Shown here one piece after another: positions 14,001 to 25,831 of a stretch of 64,000 nucleotides of DNA; the stretch's first letter is position 1; every line of letters starts with the position of its first letter. The stretch is from Marsupella aquatica (Eukaryota > Plantae > Marchantiophyta). The notes under the pieces were generated by a model. That model was not told the DNA's origin. It saw nothing but the letters and a program-made list of their open reading frames with translations, and ran no database searches. The DNA lies in assembly GCA_973895155.1 (NCBI GenBank), contig OZ316893.1:13532359-13596358 (forward strand). The letters are read 5' to 3'. The position numbers were made by a program, and so were the translations under genes.

Positions 14001-16745
14001 TGTGAGATCCTTTCCAGGAATGCTGGATTGGTTGCCCCAGCAGCAAGAGCCTGCATCTGTTGGAGTTTTGATGTGGCCTTCTGGTGTTTACCTGTACCAT
14101 GCATTAAACTAAATCATACTTGGCAATATATTGTTTGAACATTTCTGTGCTAGAAATCAATGTATTCAGATTTTCTATTCATCTCAATTACAAACCAACT
14201 GATTGAAACACCTACATTGTGAGTTAGAAGAAGCACAGATCCTATTTGGGAAGCTCTTGTAAACACACGTCCTTTCGTATTCTAACCTTCTTAGATATTA
14301 ATTAACGTTCGATCTCAAATAGGATGAGTGCTGGGCTAGAATAAACAGCCAGTTAGATGTTGGCTGAAAAAACCTCGTGCCCAGATATTGTGGTAGGAGA
14401 CATTGTGCTAGGAGAGGCTATTCAAAATGGTTGCTAAAGTTTTGTACCAAATGATTCGGCCAATGCTTGGTTTTGACCCTTCCATGCTTCCGCAAGAGAG
14501 TTTTCTTCAACGCTGAGTGATTTTAACTGGCCAACCACTTCTAGCATGGTCTCAACTTTCTCCACATCCTGAAATCACTGAAGAAATATTATAGTCTAAA
14601 CAAACATAAGCGCACTCACTATTCTAAAGATCTGATGGCTAACATAAGATCGTTTCTGGACGAGTCACTATCAGTTGAAAGAGTACAGACGTTTCTATTT
14701 AGAAGTCAGGAAAACATCATATTCTGGACGTGTCGAACAAATTCAAACCTGGAGTTTGCGTTTCACTTTGACGATCTTGCTCTGAAGGTGGTCCCTCTCA
14801 GTTTCAAGTTCTTGAACTTGCCCTTTTACCTCGGTTGGATCCCTCTCTATTTGGCGAAGACTGTCTAAACGCCGGTGGGTAGCTTTGAATTGTTCACGGA
14901 TGCCATTGTACTGTGCATGCAGCACATTAATGTCCTCCTCCAGCAGTAGTTCCGCTGGAATCTCCACGTCGATTAAAAAACGGGCCAGGTAGGCACGTTT
15001 CTGTAGCATGGTCACCTGCAGTGATGAGTTGTTTGAGGAACAATAACAATAATTGTTGTTTCAAGCATACGAACTTCACAACGATGCCTAAAATTCGTAC
15101 AACATGGAATAGTTGTGGTCTAAGTGCAGTCTCAACTGCTTCCACATTGTATAGTTTAACTTGGGCCTGTAGGAACAGACGGTATAATGAATGAGGTTAC
15201 AGTGCGAATTGGATAGGCTACAGTGCAGCTCGATTGAAACAGTAGGCGACTGGCCTGTGATAGAAGCCAAGGGAGAAGCGGATAGATGACACCTGCGTTC
15301 CCATTTGCAATGCCCTCTCGGAGTGTTATCCTTCACCACAACAAACATGCACAATGTCAGCAAGGCGAATATCTCCAGAGAAAGGGTCTCAACAGTCAGA
15401 TTGTCCGGAGTTTACGACATCTACATCGAAAGCAATTATGCCGTGCTCAATTCAATCGCATGTAATATTTAAATTGGGGACGGGCATCACCGAGCAACAA
15501 CCGGGGCTACCATTCAATCAGTAATTCAAGACATCACTCAGTGCACGGCAATGAAATGCTAGGGTATGCAGCAAATAACCCGTCAATGCTTGGACGATAA
15601 TTCAGCACACGAAGCAACTCCATCATCCAGCGAATTTTTGGCTCAGGGGTCTCATCTACTCTCTGTCTCAAAGTTAGGCATCATCAAAACCACAGCAAGG
15701 AATTAATGACGCTCACATAAACTGGCACTGAGGAACCACTGAGACAGAAAATGCACTGCTCTTTAAAACATTCCTGCTCCATACTTGAACAGGTTTCTAG
15801 TGAATTACCCTCGGAATTTAATCACCCTAGTGCTGTCATGCATAAAGTCGTAGGAGGGGACTGTCCAATTTGTTATGGCCTAGGGCAGAACTACCTGTGG
15901 AGAATGAATAGCTGAGAGGACCTCGTAAAGTAGCTGCCGAAGATCCATCGAACTCATTTGGCTGTAGATTAGTAGAATTTGTGTCAGCCTGTCAGAAGCA
16001 TGTATAGTTGACTGCACTGCACCTATTCTTTGTCTATCAGTAGGACATGCTGAGTGACTTGCAAGATTGTCAACGCAGATATGATTAACATATGGCTTCT
16101 CTCCGATTCATTTGTTTCTTGCGTTCTTATTTGGACAAATGCGGTCCTGCAGATGCATCTGATGGGCATTTTTCGGACCCTGTGGCATCAACAAAGTAAA
16201 GCATTGCAGAGAGGGCCACATAACGGTCTGGCTGTCTGCCTATTGGATGCTTGATTGAAGGAATGTTTAGAACTTCGGCTTGACTTGGTTTCCAAGTCTA
16301 ACAGAACTTTGACACGGTCACAAAGTGTCTCGACCTTCAATGCGCGATAAATCCAAAAAGGCAGGAAATTTGCCAAAGAAGTCTCAAAGAACAAATGTAA
16401 AACTGAAAGTTTAATCTTTGATCTAAATTCAGCGCCTAATTTGTTTTTTGAATTTGAAAGGCCGTCACTCTGATGGTTTTCCCCTGAGATGAAGAAAGAA
16501 ACCCCAAAAAACTGTTCTATATTTTTACCGGAAGAGAATTCAAGAATTCCACGGAAGATTTCAATTCATTTCAAAAGCTTTCAACACATGCCTTCTATGG
16601 TCGAAGAAGCGCAAACTAGGAAAATTCTAACCATGATAGAAATATAATTAGAAATTCCTGAATATTACCAGAAATCCATCACCGTGGTGCCCAACTTGAG
16701 AGGTGGTGCGTTGAGCATAGTGACAATGCTTTCAGCCTCCTCCAT
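11002..16745 (-). CDS. IFT81: Intraflagellar transport protein 81 homolog (IFT-B core)
   Basis: About 14 exons: 16745-16669, 15961-15895, 15662-15580, 15330-15255, 15015-14749, 14568-14448, 14091-13955, 13762-13682, 13329-~13093, 12625-12421, ~12187-11980, 11794-11676, 11433-11327, 11145-11002. Translation gives a CH-like N-terminus (IVTMLNAPP, LLRVLNYRP, LREGIANG..VIYPLLPWLL), LQKRAYLARFL, GEDFKQYVDQLRTKSATYKK and the C-terminal QIAMMKDLLTLL, matching recalled IFT81 motifs. Two donors and one acceptor are uncertain. Confidence 0.92.
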
Positions 16746-19309
16746 CTCTCTCCAACCTCCACTACCAAACTCAAATACGTCTCGAGCTGCTGTACCTCAG
16801 TCGTGACTGGAATCACGTTTCTTCAAAATGTTCTTTCTCCTTTGTGACAAAATTGACCTAAATTTTAAGCAATTCTCTTCATTTGGTCACTGTCTCTGAT
16901 TTCGGAGTCAAGAGCAGAGAGCCAGAGCTTCATTTCAGGCCCAAATTGTTAGAAAACACTCGTATTCCGCCAACCGACCTGCGTTGCTGTAATCCGTTCT
17001 GTGGTGGCAAGAGCAGATGGTAATTGAAATTGAATGAGTTCGTCAACTGTCACTGCCCACGTGGACTCAATTGGACATGGCCTTGGAACCTGCAGCACTC
17101 TGCAAGGAGTTAGCCCGAGTCTAAGATTGCAAAGCAGACCGGGAGAGGACAAAGGGCAGCAAACAGGAGACCAACCACTGACTCGCGACAAGATTGACAA
17201 AATTTCAAATTGGATGGTTTGTTGGGGTCACTTCATTCATTCATTCAGGGAACAACTGCCTTTAGTTCAATTGACGAGAGTTCACACGAGGATGCTCGGA
17301 GTTGGATAATGTAACGGGCGAAATGTATGTAGCCTAACCTTCAGTGTGGAGTACTGCAGTCCAGGTTTAAGGCCATGTCACAAATGCCTTCGCACCTCAA
17401 AACCAAAAACCATGTTAACTTCGTTTGCAGTTGTGTCGTAAAGCTGAGTAGACTGTCAGAAATTTAGGGGAATGTTATTTAGACTCTCGGTTATTAGGCC
17501 CCAACTAGCGGTAGTAGAAATATAAGAAAACTATGACAGGCCAGGTCAAGAGGGCCTTTGTCTGTTAAATTTTTCTGTAGAACGAGCCCAATGCACACAA
17601 GTAAATGTCGAGGTGAGGCAAAGTGCCTCACATACGACAAGGGATGGTGGTTGAGGCGCTTTGGGAAGGCAATGTGGGTTTCTGGCAAATCCAGCAGTAA
17701 CGAAAAAATGGAGGAAAATGGGTGGGATTGCATATTACAGGTGTATACGTCTGTTGAATTTCATGTAAAAGGGAACAAATACACCGTTAATACAGTCATT
17801 GTACTGGCGTAAAGAAGATAGTCTCTGTACCGAGATCTCAATTCACCAAAGAATTTCAGCCCAAAGAACCACAGAGTTGAGCAGTCAACTGAGTAGCATT
17901 CAACCTGCAACCCAATCAATTTTGTGGGAAATTTTCTTAGAACGATGACTCTGGTACTGGTTACTCTCCCATGCGGACACACTGATTTTAAGTGACGGTA
18001 GAGCCACCACTAGCTCGGGAATTTTGTTGACCTTTCTGTCCATTTGTTCCCACTTCTTCAGTAAATTTGTTCCCTTTTCTCCTTCCTAAAAAATGGTTGA
18101 GGAGTTTTAAATGTGACGAGACACCAGGGCGAGCACGCGGAATTGCGAGAATCGAGAGAAGTGGGATTCATTTTTGCGTGCGAGCAAAGGGTCGAGGGGT
18201 GGACTGAATGACGGAGACAACGTCGATGGAGAACATCCAGAGACAGCAGACCGACTTGTTACTAATGAGCACTAATAACAGGCTTCATCATCGTTGACTG
18301 ATCTTGTAGCATGCTCGTGATTCCCGGGCCGTCTGGCAACTCCTCAAGTGATTTAAGTCATTGAGGCTGCAAACTTCGATTTGTTCTATGAGCATCGCAC
18401 CATACAAAGAATGGAAAAAATGCTTTCTTACTGCTTGAACAAGTGGGCAAAGTCCAGTAATGATAATCTATAAATGGAATAGCATAAACTTGCCCCTTCC
18501 CCACTTTCGATTGACCAAAATTTCGAAGTAGTTTGTTCGCACAATGACTCAACAGACCATGTGAATTTTCACTCGTGGGGCAGGTGAAAGGGATTTGAAG
18601 AGGTGGTAATTAACCATTTACCGTGCTCGATAGGTTTGGAGTCAACATGAATCAGTAGTTTAACTTCTTTTCAATTATGATAGGCTCTGTGTCCCATTCC
18701 TTCCCCGCCACAACAGCATCAAAGAAGTGCGGACAAATCTCAGATGGATCATACCGCAGTTTGCTGACAAAGAAATCATCTGATAAGGTAAGTGAGGTCT
18801 GGACCTATGTACAAGGGTTTAAAGATCGTGAGCACCACTTTGATGAGGTTTCTAGAACTTAGGAGCATATCAGAAAACCAGAGAGCTGTTTTCTGCTTGA
18901 CTTCGGGGGATTGCACGGGAACAAAGCTCTAAATATATACATTCGACAATCTAAACAGAGAAAGAGTAGTACTTCTCATCTCAAATTTATGGAAGAAAAG
19001 GAAAGGATCGAGTGTTCCTCGTTACCAGCTTCAGCCTGCAAGCACTAATCACAAAATGATGTAAGATAATCCAACCATATCATTCCCACAGCATCAGTGA
19101 ATATACTGTTGACAACTCAAATGTTCTGTCTTACGCCTTCACTTGCAGATGTGTGATCAGATTCATGGAATCCAAAGAATAGCACTTCACATTGATGATC
19201 ACTGCTATGGCTTTCTCTAATAAAAAGGAATAAAACACGCAAAACATGTACCAGAAACAAGAGCAACATTCTGACCTTTTTAATTGATGAACGACAGTGC
19301 AAAAAACGA

Positions 19310-22300
19310 TTACTGCACACGCGGTGGTGTCATCGGCTGTTCCTCCGGTTGTTCACTCACTGGAAGCGGCTCATCAGTTTCCATCTGAGCTTGTACCTGG
19401 TCTGCCAAGTGACGGGTGTAGAGCTTGATGGCAACCAAGAGCAGAAATGCTGCACACACGAGACAGAGCAACAGCTTAATTCACCTCAAAGCAGGCCCCA
19501 AAATAGACAATTTGCTATCATTCGAAGGTGTACTAGGACCAATGCCATCAAGTCCAGCAGACAGATGCTCATTTGGTCAGCATACCTCCGTAGAGACGAG
19601 ATGTCGCTGAAGACAAATTCCACGCTACCACAAGAGTACCAAACATAGCTGCTTTTTTATGTGTATATGCACTCCAGGTGTTCCACAAACGGTCTGCAAA
19701 TGCTTCAGCTGCATCCCACCATCACCAATACAAACTTGTTAGCACTGTTTGCTCTCGGACGATTGTGAACAGTAACAACAACGTCATCCCGCCAAACAGC
19801 TAGATGCATCCAGTAGACAAAGAGCTCAAGAACCTCGCTAGTAGACATTCCAAATCACCCACCTTGTCCATGAAGCTGGTGGGAGTAACATGAGTAGAGC
19901 TTCGGTACCATGAACGTCAAAAGGAAACCTGCATCACCCAAACGCCAGCTTTGAGGTGAGGGTACGCAACTGTAATGACTGGATCAGGATTGCTTCTATC
20001 CCTGCCCATACACACAAAATAATGCACTAAGTCGCATGAGCGTTGATGTTCAGAAAGATGACACTAGTTTTTCGCTCGGCCAGAACAGAATCTCCTCCAA
20101 AACCAAGTCATGGAATCATTACAAATTGTACGGCGAATTGTGCATACCAAAACGCAAAAGACTCCACATCGTCATGAAGTAGCCCGCTTGTGCTAATAAC
20201 CACAAGACGGTAGCAACCTGGAATAAGAACATAGATTAATTGCTTCAGTTAATTCAATCGAGTAGTCCACTATTTTTCAAAGTGGAACCGTGACACATAC
20301 ACATATCTTCCACCAAAAAAAAGTATCAACAGCACGATATTGAAAACTTGGGCTCGGACTAAATGGTAATTCTACTCTGGCAGCAGTGCACGGACCTTCA
20401 GAGTTGTAGAGGGGTCGCCACAAAAGAGGTTGCCACATTTTTCCAGCACCAGATTCACGGCTGGCAGAATCACTCTCAGCATGTCCAGAGCCTCCGCTTC
20501 TCCCAGCGCCCACTTCCTCGCGTCGTGTGCAGTTGCACCACTTCAGAATCAATGAAAGCAAGTTCGATTAAAAGGTACCCGACAAGTAGGAGACATCACC
20601 TCAGAGATCGGACAACACGGATGATCAGAAAGCCATCATCGACCTCGAAGAGAGATCACGAACTGATAATGCAAGAAAAATAAATTGACTGCCAGTAGGA
20701 CACGATGGCGACAGCAAGCTTACCCACGTAAGAAATTCCGGTGGAGAAAAACAGCAGCTAGGTAAACCAGAGCTATATACGCAACAAATGTCAATGATCT
20801 GCAGCACCCCACCACCTTTCAGATTAGCGGTGAGAATCAAGTACCTGCACCCTGCAGACAAGGCGAGAACAGGGAATGCGCTCTGAATCCTTGACGAAGT
20901 TTAAGTTGAAGCGTTTCCATGTTTCAGGTTCTGTACGTGAAGAGGGAATTTGGATATTTAGCAGAATTTCTCACCCGCAACGCACGTCTTGAATGAAAGA
21001 CGTAGACAATATGCAGAAGCACCCGGCTCCGAATAGCAGTGTTGACCTCGGGACATTTCTCCACATAATGACGTCAGCTGCAAATCAGGCAATTTGTTCA
21101 GCATCCACGACCTACGAGCCTGAGAATTGTGGATGGCAATCCTAGGCACTCTTTAATGCAGAGGCCTGAATTGGACAGAATTTACATACCGAAAAGATCC
21201 ATCCACGTGTTTGATATAGAGCTCGACTCTGCAGGTGACACATAGACCACATTGGCTTAGTTGCGATCCGAAAACGTAAAATCACAGCGGACTTCAATCA
21301 AACTCCACGACAGATCGTAATCAGAATCAGAATTTGTATCTCAAATCCACGATTTAGAATAATTTCATCTTACTCTCCATCTCAATTCTCAAACTGCGGG
21401 GAATGGTGCTGAAGTGAATGAAGAAGTTCGCACAAGTTTATTGACAGGAACGATAACACATATAGGTACTTGAGAATAATTTCTTCGCTCTCCATCTCAA
21501 CTCTCAAACTGCGGGGAACGGTGCTGAAGTGAATCAAGAAGTTGGCATAAGTTTATTGACAGGGAACGATAGCATATACAGGGGCTTGAGACCGTTCGCT
21601 ACTGAGACCGAAACAAAAAAGGCGCTGGCGCCTGTTTAGACAAATTGTCTCATTACACCACACAACTTGGCTCTGCGCAATTGGCTACATGCATCTAACC
21701 GAATTTAAGAGTGGCCCCAAATTGTGAATGCGTCCTATGCTCATCGTGCTCAAAGAGTCGTGCCGCACCGAGAAGCGAGGACGACGGCACTAACGTCATC
21801 GTCAGCCCAAACTCATACGATCATACTGTCGCACAAAGCTTTTGCCCGAAAGGAATCTGACGTTCAGACATGTGACAGGACAGAGATCACAAGACCGAAT
21901 CCACTATCAGACGTTCAGCGGTATAATTCTTCGCAGGTCCTAGGAATGAAGATCTATACTAGCCCACAAATTACCCAATGGCTTGACTTGACCGCATATG
22001 TAGGATCTCAATTTCGTGGTCTGTTACGACGTACAGAAAGTCCTCAGGAAGAAGGCAACAGGCAACCAATTGTTGAAACGAAAAACTCCGCGGTCGAGAT
22101 CTGCTTTGGCCCAAGAAATACTCACTCGGCTGACTGCCAATGTGGCATCAGTCTGCCAAATTCTCCAAATGTGCTACGACAGAAATTGTCAGGAATTTGC
22201 CTTGGCCCACATATTACTCCACCACAAATCTTTTGCCCAAAAGGAATCTGACGTTCAGACATTTGACAGGACAGAGATCACACGACCCGCCAGTTTTGAA

Positions 22301-23732
22301 ACGAATCCAATATCAGGCGTTCAAATATAACTCTTCGCAGGTCCTGGGAATGAAGATCTACACTAGCCCACAGATAACCCAATGGCTTGACTTGACCACG
22401 TATGTAGGATCTCAATTTCGTGGTGTGTTACGACATCCAGTCCTCAGGAAAAGGCAACAGGCAACCAATTGTTGAAACAACTCCGCGGTCGAGATCTATC
22501 AGTCAGCCAAGTTCTCCAATTGTTCAGAGATTGTCAGGAATTTCCTTTGTCCACAAACTCCTCAACCGCTTGACTGCATAATTATGTAGGATGGGAGCGA
22601 ACCTTAATTTCCAACGGTATCACCATAGGATTTCGTAATGAAAGGAATAGCCGCTCAGAAATTAAATTGTAATGACTACCACCGTACCTTTTCTTGTAGC
22701 AGCTCTCGACACAAAATCTTGAAGGCCCTGAAGAGGATGGAATCTGTGATGAACCCTCTCTTCCATGACAGCATCGTCTACCAAAGGGTCATGCACGACA
22801 TCAGCTTTCCGCTTCTGGCGCCGAGTTTTGGTCTTGCGTCCTGCCTTAACAGGGCTGTCTTCTAGAGATTCAGACCCCACAGCCCTCAAGGAACCACCGA
22901 GGGGGGGCCTCCCGGGAGAAACCCTTCCGGATGGTGGCAGGTCGTTGCTCACCTGACCATCTTTGTTGGTTCCCTGAGATCTGCTCAATTTACTCTGCCT
23001 CCGGGCGGCTCTTGCCAATGTCAAACTTTGGTCGTGTATAATTTCCGCCAAGACGTCTTGAAGCTCATCTTCCTCCACTCTAGTGCGCCTGGGACTCTGC
23101 CCACGACTCCTCAATGTGGTCGGCCGCAGACGGCTCTGAGAAATTTCAGGCGGGGCACCTGAATTGTTGGCCCTGGGTTTCCTGGGGCTTCTGGGACTTT
23201 TGGGACCTCTGGTGCTGCTTGTGCTCCTGGAATGCCGAAGCTCTTGCACATTGTGCTCCTGCTCTTCTGCTGTTCCAATACTTGGAGGACTACTCCGAAT
23301 TCTTGCGAGCGTAGGACTCCTCCCACGGCCAGAGGAGACTGTCCCCGAGGCCATCGCACGTCCAGGGCTGTCGTCCGGTGCATAGACAATGACCTCCCTG
23401 GAAGGGCTTGAAGCATTGGCATCCCCACCGAGCCACTCTGGCGCACTGGGCACGCGAATTCCGTCGTCCACCTCCATAGCTGAGGTCTGGGGCAGCGCTT
23501 TCGAACCCATTCGTGATGCTGCTTTAGAGGAGGGAAGCCGAGATGGGTTTTGTTGATTGTTCTCTCCAATAGACATTACAATCCCGGTCTCTCCGAATTG
23601 CTGCTGTTCTCCTCCCCTGCCCTTGACTCCGTTGTCAGATATCAACTCGTTCCTCTCCTCCGCCCAACGTGCCGCCCGTCCGGGCGCCTTCTCCCTCTCA
23701 GCCCCTGCTAAACCCTCCCGCCCAGCCCCCAT
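19310..23732 (-). CDS. Reticulon-like protein, RTNLB17/B18/B21 type, with long Ser/Arg/Pro-rich N-terminus
   Basis: Exons 23732-22688, 21228-21190, 21077-20975, 20798-20724, 20540-20396, 20217-20148, 19928-19863, 19708-19586, 19449-19310, all GT-AG and phase-compatible. Reticulon motifs DVIMWRNVPRSTLLFG, YIALVYLAAVF, LFCGDPSTTLK, FMVPKLYSCYSHQL, HKKAA..WNLSS. Most exons are missed by the ORF track. The start could be a later ATG. Confidence 0.92.
21356..21590. repeat. Intronic tandem duplication, 2 x ~117 bp
   Basis: agaataatttc...ctccatctcaa.tctcaaactgcggggaa.ggtgctgaagtgaat...gtttattgacagg repeated at ~21356 and ~21473. Confidence 0.9.
21830..22560. repeat. Intronic tandem duplication, ~390 bp period
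   Basis: cttttgccc.aaaggaatctgacgttcagaca at ~21838 and ~22230; shared blocks continue to aactccgcggtcgagatct; the second copy has deletions. Confidence 0.9.
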
Positions 23733-24619
23733 TTGCTCAGTTCGTGTGTCTTTCCTTTCTGGACCTCCTAAGGGAATCAACCAATCCAGGCCGAGATCAG
23801 GTTAAGCGGTCTTGGATAAAATTCCCAATTTCTTCAAATTTCGAATCCGATGTAACGCCTACGTTCCTTGTTCCGTCCCCTGCTGCTGCTTATGTGCAGC
23901 ATGTACTGGTTCTCAGCAGAATCATGGCCTGCTTCTACTCCTTGGTGTGGATCGCTTCGCTGTCAAAGATGCATCGCCCGACCCAGTTTGCTGCATTCAC
24001 ATGCGTCGTCGTCGACCTTTGCTCCTCCTATTCTCCCACGTCGTTTTGCAGTAGTAATGGAGCCACCACTCCTAGTCACTCCACGAATCGGGGGGAAAGA
24101 GCTGATCCCCATCATACAGCCAACGGACAGGTGCTTCTCTCCAACCCTGATGATCATTCTCCCACCCCACATCATCATTCTACTGAATCTTTTGACGACC
24201 ATCGAAACTGTCCGGTACAAAATCACCAATTTGATCACTGCAACGGGCTTTGGAATCGGAGGGTCTGTCCGGGAAGCATTGCTGCCCCTCAATCTCGCCA
24301 CCAAGGTGACGAATTTTACCTTGCTGCTACAGTAGAAAGAGCGGTTGCAACGTCGTAACAGTGCAGCTCCTCGCGTTGCATGCCATAGGAGGCTCCTCTC
24401 TCGTTCCTTGATGTCGCTCGTCCATTCCTCAAGAGCAAAATCACCACCCGCAACACAACGAGACCGAAGAAACAGAGAGAGACAGAAGACACTCAGAGAG
24501 AGCCGTTGCAGGTACAATTTAGCCAGCGGTTTGAATTTGAACAACTAACCAGGATCTCGCCTCGGGCCAATCAAAAAGCAGCAGCAGCGAACAAAACTCC
24601 CTCTCTTTCTGTCTCACAC

Positions 24620-24960
24620 TCCCTCACGAAGTCCCCAAACATACGGTGAAAACTGAGGAACCACTCCATCAGCTACACGGATGTAAGAGATGTACAGGAT
24701 GGTGGGGCAGACGGTTAAGACAGTTTTCGTTGGGGCCCCTCTTGAGGTCAGGGAGTGTGGGCCCTTTCTTGAAACCGAGGTCTGATGGTGATGGAGCGTC
24801 AGTGTAGGAGGTCAGCACCAAAAAAGGATCTTCCTTTTCCCCATTCTGCATTCTGCCATCTCTTGGAGTCTACCTGTACCGTATCTCTCTTGGGCGTGTG
24901 TGCTTGGAAGGTTCGGACGTTTGGGCCGGTCAAACCCTGACTGCTGCGCTCAAATCAGGA
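24620..24960. promoter_or_regulatory. Putative bidirectional promoter between the reticulon and TPR-SET genes
   Basis: Divergent gene orientation; site-II-like GGGCC motifs at ~24733, ~24759, ~24922; telo-box-like aaaccctg at ~24933; GA-rich leader begins ~24620 on the minus strand. TSS positions are inferred. Confidence 0.45.
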
Positions 24961-25831
24961 GCTTATTGTGGTTCTCTTGGTCATGGATAGACTACTAGGG
25001 GGTTTTCAATCGAGGGCAAAGTAGGCGGACAGATCTCCTGCCTGGTGCACAGCACCTATCATCCTCAGTGCTCTGACAATTATTCCTCCGTCCTGAAGTC
25101 CTAAAGTGCTTGAAGACTCTCAAGCGGGTTGCAATGGGTTGCCTCTGGAAGGGCTAAGAGGTCAACAACTGCAACTGAATGTTGGGTGTGTACTGCGACT
25201 CACTCACTCACTGTCCTTCAGCGATTTTCAGTTGCCGCTGACGAAACGCTTGAAGTTCTTTGCTCCCACCTCGAGCAGTAGTCCGGAGTGGCTTGTCCTT
25301 CCTGATATCGAGCCAGCTAATATCGAGCCAGCGCTTCAAATGAGCATGGTGAGGACGCAGCCGCTGAAGCGGAAGAGGAACTATGAGTGGAAGGTTAAGA
25401 ATAACTGACTGTCGTTACTCATCGCAGTGCGTGGATTTGTATGATTAAATCGCCACGGCTGTCATTCACGAAAGTGTGCATCAGCAATCGCAAGGATGGT
25501 GATATCATTTGTAGACCATATCCACAGGGAAGTTCTGTGAGGGTGGTTTGGGGCCAATTATTCGTCGGATGTATGTAAGCAAATCTGAGAGGTACATCAA
25601 GGGTTATTGTGTATATCCAATCGCTTAACGTTGGTCGATAAAGCTATCCAAACGTGGAAGTAAGTACACACGATCTGGGCAACATGAGAGATTTCTGTTA
25701 GGGTTTCCGCAGCCATTCTGGCATCAATGCTCCTTGAACTTGTTTTTCACTCAAATGTGCTGTTGTCATCAACCTCTGGTACCTAAACCACTCTCGCATT
25801 GTTCATACAACTACAATCTAAGCAAACGATC

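Noticed and set aside
23669-24548. Overlapping 155-229 aa ORFs on both strands
   Set aside because: Mostly non-ATG starts, no recognisable domain; GC-rich leader region of the reticulon gene.
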